From: Priapulus caudatus
Lineage: Eukaryota
Direction of reading: 5' to 3'
Assembly: GCF_000485595.1 (NCBI RefSeq)
Contig: NW_014577078.1
Span: 68,788 to 119,547 of the forward strand
Length of the DNA: 50,760 bases
A program made the position numbers and the translations under genes. Below are positions 27,301 to 39,607 of this stretch, piece by piece (within the stretch, counting starts at the first letter, position 1; each line of letters starts with the position of its first letter). The notes under the pieces are model-generated. The model was not told where the DNA came from, did not search any database, and worked only from the letters and a program-made list of their open reading frames with translations.

Positions 27301-28819
27301 TAATGTAATAATATAATGTAATAAATGTAATAAATATAAATAAATATAAAATAAATGTAATAATATAATATAAATATAATAATAATATATATGTAATAAG
27401 GTGTTATTATCTACTCTTGCATATATGTAATGTATACTTATTTACATATGACCAAGTGCGATTTTCGCTGACTTGCAAGCAAAGATGGTGAAGATGGCTG
27501 GATGTAAATTCATAAATAGTTATTCCTTGAAATAAAATAAAATTTATTTCCTGATATAAGCCACCTACGGTCCACATATCCATAATATTGCGGTCATGGT
27601 GATCTGAGGTTAGATCATGATTAAATCGTGTAACCAAGTATTGTATTGTGAGTGCTACCAGTAGTGGGGTCTAAAACTATCTATACATCGTCCACTGCTG
27701 TGTTGCAGGTAAGTAAGTTGTAAATGTAGAAACATTTCCTTTCGCAAGTTATTTTGGCATCTATATTTCGTGACGGTTAAAAATATAGCAACGTAATGAT
27801 GCATCGGAAAACTATCATTGACAGTATCTTCTAGTGCATGCGAATAGTGCATCTGATGCAACTGTTCAGTTCTGCAAGAATCTGTAAGGTTCCGTTTGCT
27901 ACGGGCATGTCGCTGTAACGATTTACCAACAGGAAGCTGTTGTATTTTTCCTCATGTTTTCTATAATCCTTTACTAGTCACTTCACTTGATTGTGTGATT
28001 TGTGTCCAGCTTACTAGTGAATCATGTGACGAGTTATTTATGTATTATTAATTAAAACAGAGACTGGAAGAAATTGGAGACAAGTGAGAAAACTGGCTGT
28101 GTCTTATGAGCTTTACAGATTCGGAATGATGCAGTGTTGTTCATTGACATTACTAAAGAACACAAAAGCAGTCAAAAAAACAAATGCTTACGTAATTCAG
28201 ATTGCGATGTTTAGTCATTATTTCTCGTGTAAATGGTGTCTAAGCTCGAGGATAACAGTGACTCACTCCCGTCTTTTTTTTTCAATGCGGTGTCGCCTGT
28301 TTTTATAAACATCCCAACTCTCTGCTTACATAAACTGTTGCTTCTTGAAAGAACTCAATTATTTTTGAGCTGGTCCTCAACTATAATCTGCTGTGTGTGA
28401 GATAATCAGGGCTGCCTTTGTCAACGAGCATTTCCACTTCGTGCTTTGTCATCGTGGTACAACGCGATTGGGAGCCTATTATGCCACAAATCACCAGGGG
28501 GCCTGCCACCATCTGTACCATACTTGACGATGTGGTCGAGTGCTAGTTATTGTACTGTAGTTGCAAACCGTGCCACCAAACCACAACCGACAATTTCATG
28601 TTGCAAATTTATTGTGTTGGACTTTATATAGAGCTTTCAACATTTTCAATTTTGAATATTCCCAGCTTGACATTTCGCATTGATGGGTTACTACGTTTTC
28701 TTCAAACGTTTTGTTTTGCGTTTGTGACCCCAGGTGAGATAGTAGACACTAAATTAATTTGTGGAAGGGTATGATAAAATCACTATTTTGCAGATAATGT
28801 AAGCTACGAAATGAATTTC

Positions 28820-28869
<50 letters not shown>

Positions 28870-29895
28870 AGCGAGAGAGAGCGAGAGAGAGAGAGAGAGA
28901 GAGAGCAGCAAATATTAAACTCAGCTGAATAGTCACTGAGATGCACATGGGTTTGTACATTTGTACACGTATTAGAAGGGTGCAAGCGACATTTGCATCT
29001 ACGTTTATATATTTGCAAGAATGTTTATTTATCACCCCCCCCCCCCCCCCCCCCCCCCCTCTCTCTCTTCCCCCCCCCTCCAACTCCCTCTTTCTATATA
29101 AACATATTTGTGCAGCATATATATAAGTATTTCATTGCTTTAATGACATCAGGAGTCTATCAATATTGATTGACTTGATTGAATATATTATTTGAATATT
29201 GATTGACTATTGATAGACTCCTGATAACATGACAAACATAATATATATGATTCTATTACGTAACCTACCGCGAATAGACTGCTCTTGTTTGTACCTCAGC
29301 ACTTATAACTATATAACACTCATGAACATCATAATATTACTGCCACCCACACTCCTTGCATAATCTGAAATTACATAATTCTAGCTGTCGAACGCACCAG
29401 ATGTTTTGCTTGCACATAATATAGTTCATCTCTATATAGTAAATTCCATGCAGCCAATAATTATTGTAATTATTATAATAATTATTGTAAATGGCTTCAC
29501 GTAAGGTGCTAATATTCTGAACGTAGCAGTACAATGCAAAATGCATTGAGAGGTCAAATCTGCATTCAGTGGTCAGAAGGCAAAAGGTATGAGCCTAGGG
29601 GTAATCTACCCCCCCTCTCTCATATTCTTAAGGCTTGGAAATGTTGTCAGCAACTAAAGTTTGCATTGCTGACTTTTAGTTGAAAAGTTTATTAACATGC
29701 TCAAATCGTCAACTTTACAATTGAAACTGATAGTGTAAACTCATGTTAATGCAAGCGCAGCCGAGTACTGTTTCTGTTGCCAGTCGTAACAGTGCTGATT
29801 CTGACAGTATACCAGAGTTGATATTTGCTGATGCTTGTTGTGATAACAGTATAGCAGATATACTGACTGAGCATGGCACGACTTTTGTGTTTCAG

Positions 29896-30029
29896 GACTG
29901 CATGCTGAATTATATTACGTGAGGAACGGAGAGATCAACAACTATGCAATGATGTTCAATCTGCCTATTCCACACGACATACCCGAGCTGAACTTCTCAT
30001 GGCAGAACCTACGTGCAGGACCACCAGAC
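29896..30029 (+). CDS. RYK: RYK exon 2 (WIF domain)
   Basis: tttcAG|, |GTATGT; phase 1 fits exon 1. GLHAELYYVRNGEINNYAMMFNLPIPHDIPELNFSWQNLRAGPPD contains the RYK AELYYVRN motif. Confidence 0.95.
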
Positions 30030-30940
30030 GTATGTGCTTACTTAGTCTTCATTACCTATATTACCATGTTATTTTACATAGTGCAATAGCTGCTATCTCC
30101 ACAGTATAAATTGCTCTACGATGTATCCACTTGCGTCGCATCGTCTGTGTCCTTCTCTAATGTCTTTTCCGTTTTAAGACGCAAAGCAATGGCGAGCACA
30201 AGTAGTACTTCCTCCTACATTGTAGCATTCAGTACAGTCAATTTAGTTCTATCGTGTATTTCTGCTAATGACAGCAGATGTGTTACACCTTGCGCAAATT
30301 TATATATTTGCAAGAATGTTTATTTATCACCCCCCCCCCCCCGTGTATGGCAAGGTGAAAATGTTAAAAATGTAACTGACTCGATCGTAGCCGATAGTGT
30401 AAATGCGCTGAATATCTGATAGAAAGGTTGAAGAAAATTGAAAAGTTAGGTTCACACTATCAACTTTTAGTTGAAAAGGCGACGAATTGATCAACTTTTC
30501 AACGTTTTATCAACCTTTCTATCAGATGTTCAAAGCATTTACATTATCCACCGCGAGTTGGCAAACGTTTCAACATCTCACCCGCAGTGTGCAAACGGGG
30601 CGACGTGGATACACATTTTTGATTGTAATAATTCGAGCCAGGTGTAGCCCATGTGGCACCGATAGCAAAAATGTGCACGCAGTTACCCCCCCCCCCCCCC
30701 AGTTTAGGGTGCAGGGACACACCTCCTGCTTGCTATTATCTGTGTGGCTGCATGGCAAAAACTTAATCAATTTGCTGACCAAATGTTGAGAAAATATATG
30801 TAATGTTCTAATATCTCAACTAATTGACTTCAATTAGTTGAGCCTTCAACTTTTACATTTAACTTGGTGCGTGCGTTAATGTGTTTCGCGCACGTCCTGC
30901 TGCTCGCTAGATGTTATTGTCATGCACACGTGCTTTACAG

Positions 30941-31040
30941 ATGTTATACTCCATCTCGGTGAATCACAGCAATCCCGAGGCACTGGACCAGCCTAGAATC
31001 AGTATAGCCAAGGAGGGAAGAGTTCCTACAACACCAGAAG
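30941..31040 (+). CDS. RYK: RYK exon 3 (WIF domain)
   Basis: tttacAG|, |GTACGG; MLYSISVNHSNPEALDQPRISIAKEGRVPTTPE; phases 0/1 fit the neighbouring exons. Confidence 0.92.
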
Positions 31041-31424
31041 GTACGGGTGTGTGCAGTCACACCCAACTCACAATTTGTTCTTAGTGCACGTTGTATACCT
31101 CACGTGGTAAAAAATGTTGTAAAATTAACGGCTTTATCGTTGCTTACAACGACAGTGGCGCCACTACTAGCACATCTACTTTCAAAGTTGCACATCGCAA
31201 CTTTTCGAATGCAATTGCAAGCTACAGACCGAGGGTGTTTCTTATTTATTAATTAAAGAGACGAAGAATTGCAATATCTTATAAACAACTCTGAGTTTCA
31301 GTTATAATATGGATGAATTTGTCCCAAAATAAGAATCGATTCGTTAAATAGCAGTTAGGTATAAATATAATTTCACTTTTTTGATTGGCTCTCACTCTGT
31401 AACGTGCGGAATAATTCGGCAGAA

Positions 31425-31628
31425 GCACAACTTCGTCAGGGTGGCAGCACAATTGCGGGGTGTCTTGTCAGCGGTCAAAAACAAAGATTTGACCAAACTC
31501 ACAGTGGTTCTATGACAAATGTGAATGCGTCATTATAGAAATGTGTAGGTATTTAATATTGTTTATGCACTTACTATCCTAATATACTCCAAAATGCCTT
31601 ATAATTCTGAGGTGTAGTATCCCTTTAA
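31425..31628 (-). mobile_element. Terminal fragment of a Kolobok-like non-autonomous element
   Basis: TTAA|AGGGATACTACACC end on the - strand; homologous to 7750-7955. Confidence 0.45.
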
Positions 31629-32473
31629 ACATTGTTTTGCCAGTGTTTTGCTTGACTGCTCAAATGATCTTATCCTGTTTTGTGGAGCAGATGTTGTGAT
31701 CCTGTCGGTGTGTAGCCTGAGGAGAGTGCCTGTATGGCATTCTGCTTCCTTCACTCGTTAGTGCACTTTTAATTGCGGTGAATATAAGGGGGCATTGTTG
31801 ATGGTGCTGCTGCTCACCATATGCGATACGAAGCAAAGTGATGTGTTCTATGCATATTCTTCCTCTTTTGGGATTGGTTTTGCCCTTCGTTTTCCTATCA
31901 GTTACAACGTACTGGGGCCAGTGCTCCACTCTCAGATGGCCGGTTTCTCAAATTAGGACTATCCCAATCGATACAATATCTAACAGACCTAAACAAACGC
32001 TTGGACAGACGTGAAGTGTATGATGGTTCCAGATGTTGTATTAATAATTAATAATTTTGCAAAATTGTAATTGCAAAAATTTGTACAATGAAAGGCAGCA
32101 AAAACTTTAATATGTCAACAGACAAAGACATGATCCATTTTGATAAACGTATCACAGTGTTGGAAATAAAAATGCCATCACCAGTGACTTATCTTCAGCA
32201 AAAACTAACCCTGTTAGTTCACAATTATATTATACTTTCAGGACATTACAATCCCATTCTACATTCATGTCATCTTCAGAATCCTGTTTTTTATGTTCCT
32301 TTTTTTCTCAAGGCCTCATACATAGTTAACCGTGCCATCACAATCTCATTCTGCCTTTACACTGTCCTAATAGTTCTATTTTACATTCACCATTTCCTCA
32401 CATACACGTTCCACATTCGGGCCGTTACAACTCTGTCCTATATTGCCATCACCATCTTTCTTGTGCATTTCAG

Positions 32474-32686
32474 CATTCACCATTGTGCTGCCATGCACGG
32501 GGAAGATGAGCGCAGAGGTCGAGGTACACATCCAAATTAACGTGAGCATCTTCTCCGCATCAAACGCGACTATTCTTGACTTCAAGCGTCGTAAGTTTTG
32601 CTGGGAGGACGTTGGTGGAGCCGGCTCACCGGTCGCCGTCGTCCACCGGGATGCCGATGCCGTTGCATTCGAAAGCATGCCAAATG
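32474..32686 (+). CDS. RYK: RYK exon 4 (end of WIF domain, KRRK tetrabasic site)
   Basis: tttcAG|, |GTAAGT; AFTIVLPCTGKMSAEVEVHIQINVSIFSASNATILDFKRRKFC..., with the RYK CTGK and FKRRKxC motifs. Confidence 0.95.
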
Positions 32687-32721
32687 GTAAGTTGATGAAG
32701 TCTAATGATATATAATTCATT

Positions 32722-33008
32722 AAATAAGTATATCTAAAAAAAATTATAAGTATATCTAATAAGTATATCTAATGTATAAGTATAATGTAATAATGTATAA
32801 AATGTATAAGTATATCTAAGTATATCTAATAAGTATATCTAATAAGTATATCTAAAAAATTAAATAAGTAGATCTATCTTGGTTAATTTTTACTCAACCG
32901 TGTTAATTCAAAACGTCAGCTTTGAGAAAGCCTCCTGATAGGAGGCAAAACGTCAGCAGTACGTTTTGAATCAACACAGTTGAGTAGAAATTAACCAAGA
33001 TAGATCCA
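32722..33008 (+). mobile_element. Penelope-like retroelement terminal fragment with 46-bp inverted arms and a 14-bp TSD
   Basis: Direct repeat atatataattcatt at 32708-32721 and 33009-33022. Arms 32871-32916 and 32961-33006 match at 43/46 and enclose a hammerhead-like motif. Confidence 0.6.
32919..32957 (+). ncRNA. Variant minimal type I hammerhead ribozyme motif
   Basis: gct-TTGAGAAA-gcctcct(gat)aggaggc-AAAA-cgtc-agc: U3/A8 core variant, perfect 7-bp stem II, palindromic ACGT stem III, GUC site, short stem I. AAAA replaces GAAA. Confidence 0.5.
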
Positions 33009-33969
33009 ATATATAATTCATTTTTATGGATGAGTCGCATTGGTGCCACCTGTCATTGGTGCAGTGGGAGGCGACTGATTGGCCCAGGGCTGGCTTAAAT
33101 GCTTGGGGCTGTCGACTAGTCATACCAGTATGCTGACCCAGATTTTCTCCATCTGATTATTGGTATTTTTTTTAAATGCAGTGAACTTAAAGGCTTCATA
33201 CACTAGAGCAAACATGTGTTGAATTGCAGGTTTCACACGAGGAATGTTTCAATGCTGTCATCCCATGATAATCTAATCCAAAAGTGGTTTTGAATCGAGA
33301 ATAAATGACATTCAATTTCCCCATGATGCGCATCTGTTAAACATTGCTGTAATAAGGATTCAGTGTTGGTGCAATGTTAGTAGATTTAATCGTTGTAAGC
33401 GGGCTGCGGTCGAGAGCGGACGTGTTTTGGAATTGCTGGCATTGTGGCATTTACCCAATGATTCATGACTAGGCTAAGTTATACGCTAAGATAAATTACG
33501 TTAAATTAGTGTCAACTACCTCAAACAGATTAACTAATACATCTTTTGCCTTTAGGTAGAGGAATTGATATATCAGACTATATTTATTTTACACGTTTTA
33601 ATTGAATTACTTAACAAGCTAAATTATACGGTGGTTGCCACTTTTCGAAGTTTTTGTCTATAGCCGCGGTTTATGTATATATACTTTTCAATTTTGTTGT
33701 TATATTATTTACATTTTACCCAGTAATAAACACACAGTGTGTGTGTTATAAGTTTTGCTATCCGACTAACACAGCCTACTGTTACGTTCACGTGTGTTAC
33801 TGGGGCGGCTGCCGGGAGGAAAATCTAACTAGTACTAGTACTAGTAACCAGATAGGCAAATAGTTACGTTATTGATAGTTATAGTCTGTGTACTGTGTTG
33901 TCTGTCTGCACCTAGCATAAAGTTTTAGTTTTAATTAAAGTAATAAATCCTTATGTCTAAAAAAGCTAT

Positions 33970-34746
33970 ATGGAGGATATTTTTAAAAGAATGGACGACA
34001 TGGAAGAGAACCTTAGACAGGTAATGAAATCGGAATCTCACAAGGTAACTAAAAGACTAGATGACCTAGATGACAGTATGAAGGAATTGTCATCTAGCCA
34101 GCAATATATTTCTGATTCATTTGAAGAACTAAAACGTGACCTAGAAGAAGCTCTTAAAAAAATAACCAACCTCGAAAATGAAAACAAGATACTAAAAGCA
34201 GCTGTTAGCAACCTAGAAAAAAGCAATAAAGATAATGACATGGCAATAGACGATTTGGAACAGTATGGACGGCGCGACACCCTAGAAATCTGTAATATTC
34301 CATACATTCAAAACGAGAAATTAAATAGTGTAGTTAAAAGAGTCGCGCACAACATGAAAATCAACCTAACTGATCAAGATATAAGCACAGCTCACAGACT
34401 GCCACCTCCAAGGTCAGGAGCACCACCAAAAATCATTGTAAAATTTACCAGGCGCGACAAACGTAATGAAATATTATCAAACCGTAAACATGTGGGATCA
34501 GCTGAGCAACTAGTATATACATCTAGAGATAACATCTATATTATAAACGAGAGCACTCATCTTATAAAGCTCGGCCGAGCACTATTTAACAAATGCCTGA
34601 CTGCTAAGCGAACAGGAGGATTTAAGTATCTATGGACAAGACTCGGTAGAATATTCATCAGGAAGACCAATGAAAGTGAAATTATAGAAATTTGTAACGA
34701 AGCGAACATAGACAAACTACCAACTCGCCGACAATGTGTAGAATAA
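33970..34746 (+). CDS. LINE ORF1 protein (coiled coil, RRM-like domain, FP25K/Tnp22-like C-terminus)
   Basis: 258-aa uninterrupted ORF: heptad N-terminus, LEQYGRRDTLEICNIP, DISTAHRL, PKIIVKF, IINES, FKYLWTRLGRIFIRK. Confidence 0.85.
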   Translation: MEDIFKRMDDMEENLRQVMKSESHKVTKRLDDLDDSMKELSSSQQYISDSFEELKRDLEEALKKITNLENENKILKAAVSNLEKSNKDNDMAIDDLEQYGRRDTLEICNIPYIQNEKLNSVVKRVAHNMKINLTDQDISTAHRLPPPRSGAPPKIIVKFTRRDKRNEILSNRKHVGSAEQLVYTSRDNIYIINESTHLIKLGRALFNKCLTAKRTGGFKYLWTRLGRIFIRKTNESEIIEICNEANIDKLPTRRQCVE

Positions 34747-34906
34747 CTATCACATGTAAATTTATTGTAAAATTTGAAACCCCTCATATACCGATGGCTC
34801 ATCTCCTTTGTAGAAAATGTTTAAAGCCATGCAAGCCTAAGCAATCTGCTATTTTATGTAACGTATGTCAAATATGGTCTCACACAAAATTTATAACTTT
34901 AACTAA

Positions 34907-35190
34907 GGCCAAAACAAGATATAGGTGTGGTTACGGTTTCCCGACCGACCCTATTTATTCCCAGCGACCCTAAACACTTTATTGTCAATTTTCTTTAAAG
35001 TAAAAAAAAAATATAATAAAAAAAAAATATTAATATTAATTGGACAGTTCCTGCTTCAAAAGGCACAACGCACATTCTTCGGACATGGTTTGTAAATAAA
35101 ATATTTCAAGAAAATAAAATGTTTTTCCTACCTACCTACCATATTTTTTTCGGCATGTAACGGTAACCACACATATATTTTGTTTGGGGC
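34907..35190. mobile_element. PIF/Harbinger-type MITE inserted in the LINE
   Basis: TAA|GGCCAAAACAAGATATAGGTGTGGTTAC ... GTAACCACACATATATTTTGTTTGGGGC|TAA; the empty site with a single TAA is at 47718-47720. Confidence 0.85.
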
Positions 35191-37371
35191 TAAGCAACAA
35201 TTTGAAAATTTGGGAACTGAATGAACCATTTTTATTGTCTTACCGTCTTATGCGCACTAGTTTAGTACCATATCAAATTAGTAGTCTGTACGGGGTATAC
35301 AAGTTCCACTTTCCCTTCTTTTCCTTTACTTGACCAGATTAATTCTGCAATGCCTTCCATTACAGATGCTGACCTATACGATCCTACAAAAAATGATGAC
35401 CGAGACCCGGACCATTATTTGAGATATCCAAGCAGTAAGTATGTGAAACCTGAAACCCTTCGAAAGATAGTTTCTGAGGACAAGCAAAGCGACTTGTTTA
35501 TACTACATGTAAATGCACGTAGTTTACAAAACAAATTTAACGTACCTCCTAGATTTTCTTGTCCAATTAAATACTGCTAAAATACTTGACTTAATTGCAA
35601 TTTCTGAAACTAAATTAGGATCCAATACGCACTATAACATTGAGATACCTGGCTATATATTCATTAGACAGGACTCCATTACTAACGCAGGAGGAGTTGG
35701 GATGTATATAAGAGATTATCTTAGCTGTTCTTTACGGCATGCTACATCATTGTCAGGAGTGCATGCTGAGCAGCTGTGGATCCCATTATTGGGAAATTTC
35801 AATCTATAAACAATCCTTACCAGTTGGTTCATCTATCGGGTCAATATCGCCACAATAAATGGGTGACATATTAATTTGATCTGGCTTTTTTTATCAATGC
35901 TGTCTTAGACTCACACAATGATGTTCAGCCTTCGAACGCCGAAATGAACAATATTCTCCATCTTAATAACTTTCAGGTAATTATTATATTTGTGTGGTGA
36001 TTTTAACATAGATTTCTTGAAACAGGATCAACAACCGTTCAGACAATTATAACAAACCGGAGAGATCCTACAACAATACCTATTAGCGATGACGTTTACT
36101 CTTACCATATATATCGGCCTCTCAATTACGTAAACCAACTTAGTTACTCAATTCACTCTAACTAACCGACGGTTAGTTGACCATTTTTCATACGAACAAT
36201 GATCCAGTAATAACATTAGCCGCCTGGTGAGTATAATTACACAAATGAAATTTGGGGATCATCACTTCACCTATTTTCATATCTCGTGCACAGATAACAG
36301 GGTTGATCGAACAAAGAGAAGAAAATTGACTCTTTGCCGCTCAATGAAAATTACTACCACCGATATGTGTAGGTGTTGTACGCAGCGCTCACGACAGCAC
36401 GGAGATCTGGGATGCTTACGTTAATCGTTGCAGTAGATATGTCAGAACTCCTGTAGGACTGGAAAGACACACCGCTTCTAAACAACGGATTAAGATTGGA
36501 CAATAATAAGTTAGAAAGAATAACCCTGTGAGGACAAATACATGAGCACCAGATTTGCGCTAACCACTCGTAATCCTCGAGAATTCAAAAAACTCCAAAA
36601 TTCTCCACCTAGGAACCATGGAATCACCTCGCGACCAGGGTCTACGTGGACGGTGTCAATTTAAAACTAGTCAAAAATTATGATTCATTCCCATTACTTA
36701 AAAGAGTACTGAAGTTATTGCGAAATTTAATAATAAAAGATTAATGTAAGTGAAGGTTAACTCATGGAACAATCAAAAATTCTAAAAAAAGAATACTACA
36801 TTAACAGTTGCTAGCTCAGCAATACAAACATTAGTATCGCAGGAAAAACATGCGACCTACAATTAACGAACGATAATAAGCTGGAAAATTAACAGTTTCA
36901 TGTCTCATCCGATACTGTAGTATACCTGTGTAACAATTCAGACAATACTAGCTCCAGAAGGCAGTTACTGTGACAACATTTAATAATTACTTCAAGGGGT
37001 TATTGGCTAGCACTCCAGTGAGTCCATACAGAAAATATAAGAAAGATAGACTACACATGTTCAGAACTATTATTATCGAGCTCCAGCTTACAAATTCCAT
37101 ATACTTTTTCGACTTGACTCGTATTTGTATAAAGAAAAAATGGAAGAAAGTAAGTCCTCTAATTTCTCAAAAGAAACGTTGATAGGAAATAGCAATGGCA
37201 GTAACGCTTTTATGGCCATCGCTGCCAATTTTGTCATAGAGTATAGAACTTGATAGAGGCAGTTTGTATACACTTCTTCGCCAGTGTACTAGCCTACCTA
37301 ACTCATTAAGAACAACTGTACTAAATAACAACGGTTATATCTTTCATATAATATGGTATGTTTATTTGTTA

Positions 37372-37626
37372 TATGACCCGAGTCGACTTCCGGAGTGAGA
37401 GTAGAGTGATCGGAATGACAGCATAGTATACGAGGTTCTACCAACACCAATGTCCTATTACATCGCAGAATGGGCTGACGTAGCTGTGAGGCCATCATTT
37501 AGGGGGGACTTTCGGCGTCATCCAGCAGAGACTGAGCTTAGGAGATGACCAATGAAGATGAGTATCGTGAACGATAGACTGACGATGGCAGCGCGACAGC
37601 GGTGGACATAATGACAGAGTTACACG
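37372..37626 (+). pseudogene. RYK: Indel-riddled copy of RYK transmembrane exon 5 (probably error-rich sequence rather than a true pseudoexon)
   Basis: Shares ctaccaacaccaatgtc, tacatcgc, atgggctg, acataatgacagagt and ggtaagttgaac with 49975-50140, but is inflated by many small insertions. It sits in the expected position between exons 4 and 6. Boundaries approximate. Confidence 0.75.
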
Positions 37627-38479
37627 GTAAGTTGAACATAGCCAAGCGGAGTGTTGCCGCGTCGAGGATTCATAGTGAAAGGAGCGAACTCAGAGGGGAA
37701 GCTCAATGTGCTCACTGTTAACGGGCAAGGAAAATATACTCATAGTCTCTGGGCACGCTAAATACAGTGTGACTTAGAGTTAGCATTAGCCATGCTTGGT
37801 AACTCATCTTGTCATGTTTGACTGTGCTCTGTCGCTGTTGTCGATGCCATTGCCGATACTGCTGGTCTGCACTACTCGGCTCAGCTGACTGCTACTTGCG
37901 TACTGGCTACATGCTGCTTGGCTCATACTGTACTAATCTATTATGACTGTCTCGCTTCTGGCTGCCTCTGTGCCCTGCGTCGTAAAGCTGTTAGCTGCTA
38001 CTCATTTTGGTTTCTGGTGGCTGGTTGCCATACTTTGCTGCTGGACCAAGTGCCACCGTTAACTGCTATCACTACGCTCTATAGTATGGTGAGTGTGACA
38101 ACTATTCACGCATTCGGCGCTTGAGACTCACCGGCAATTGATGCTTAAATCTCACACTCTCACTCCTGCTTCCTGCTTACTGCTCACTCATTGTAAAATC
38201 TCATACGCGTACTCCTTGAGCCTGCGGTGCACTGCTACCTATATCACTGATTAGCATGGTCTCGCTTTAATGTGTTTCTCATAAGCCATCCTGTCACTAG
38301 GACTAGCTCTGCCTGTTAACTTGCTGACCACGTGAAATCGTCACAGATTTGCGCTTAAAGTTAAATCACTTGCGTGGCCATTGCATAGACGTACGGCTCC
38401 ACGTCCTTGTGTGAGCTGAACTACTAGCTGCGTACTGCCGCTCTGCGTATTCGCCTTACCCTAGCCTAACCTTGCTCTG

Positions 38480-39400
38480 GAGGCTGCTGCTGTTATTCTG
38501 CTTAGGTCCTAGCTAGCGACGGCCATAACTAGCTGACTATAGAGCTGCGGATCTGTCGTCGGCTTGACTACTACTATCTAGCTGCTGCCTACAGTGCTGC
38601 TGACTGACCTTGTGCCTTGCTGCTATAAGCGTCATTCATTAAACATGAAAAAGTGCTCTGGGAACTACTACTGCTGCTGCTGCTGCCTGCTGGGCCCTGG
38701 ACTGATCTCAATAGCTGACTAGCGGTGTACCTGCCATATGAGTGTGATTGTTAGTGCTGTACACGTTTAGCTGGCATTCATAGACTGCTTACTGGCAAAC
38801 CCTAGACTGCTGCCCTACTACTACTATTGCCCTGCTACTGCTGCCTACTCACTGCATATGCTGCTGCTGCTGTGTTATACTTGCTGCCTGCTGCTACTGC
38901 TACAGCTGCTGCCTGCTAACTGGCTGTTACTGCTAGTTACTGCTGCTGCTGCCTGCGCTGACTGTTACTGTGCGACTGTCTGACTGTTAACTACTGTTGA
39001 GTGCTTACTGATACTGTTGCTGCCGTACCTGCTGCTGCTCACTACTACTGCTGCGCTGCTGCTGCTCGCTGTTACTGATACTGCCGTGCCCTGTCTACGT
39101 CGCTACTGCTACTGCTGCTGCTTGCTTACTGACTACTCGCTGCTGTGCTGCTGCCTACTGTTACTTGAGGCTGCTACTGCTGGCTACTGCCTGCTCGCTT
39201 GCTGCTGCTACTGCTGACTACTACTACTGACATACTTGATTGCGATGCCGCTCCTAAACGCTCTATTACTGTTTTCTGAGCGTGAGCTTGTTACACTGCT
39301 CTAGCATTGCACTTTGAATGTTGCATACATACTTACTGACTAGATTGCTGACTGTCTGGCTGGTCTCAGACTAATCTGCCTACTGCTGCTCACTCATGAA
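38480..39400. repeat. Degenerate (CTG/CTA)n low-complexity tract
   Basis: Read directly; it lies inside the indel-rich segment. Confidence 0.75.
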
Positions 39401-39607
39401 CCATTGGTCTTAGCTTGCTACAACTAAAAATTTCTTGAACTGAATCTCTGACTGCTTCGTTGCGGCTGCTACCCTTATAGCTAATGCTACCACGCCAACA
39501 ATTAAAGCACTCACTCACGCACACTTTTAGTCCACGATTATACCTACACAGCACCTTAAATCATATACATGTACTCACATTTAAATTTGAATGACAAAAG
39601 AACCTAT

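Larger units (their letters stand above)
33400..37210 (+). mobile_element. Non-LTR retrotransposon (CR1/L2/Crack-like) lacking the RT domain
   Basis: ORF1, then a PHD-like CxxC..CxxCxxWxH, then frameshifted APE endonuclease motifs (ILHVNARSL, IAISET, GGVGMYI, GDFN), then FNNYF. Ends before any RT motif. 5' end approximate. Confidence 0.85.

Noticed and set aside
32088..32540. 150-aa hydrophobic ORF overlapping RYK exon 4
   Set aside because: AT-rich intron read-through in a different frame from the RYK exon; no recognisable motif.
37372..37626. Natural loss of the TM exon giving a soluble RYK
   Set aside because: The damage is a uniform excess of small insertions across exon and intron alike, typical of raw long-read error; a clean exon exists at 49975-50128.
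39017..39217. Signal-peptide-like Cys/Leu-rich ORF
   Set aside because: Translation of a degenerate CTG/CTA tract in low-quality sequence.
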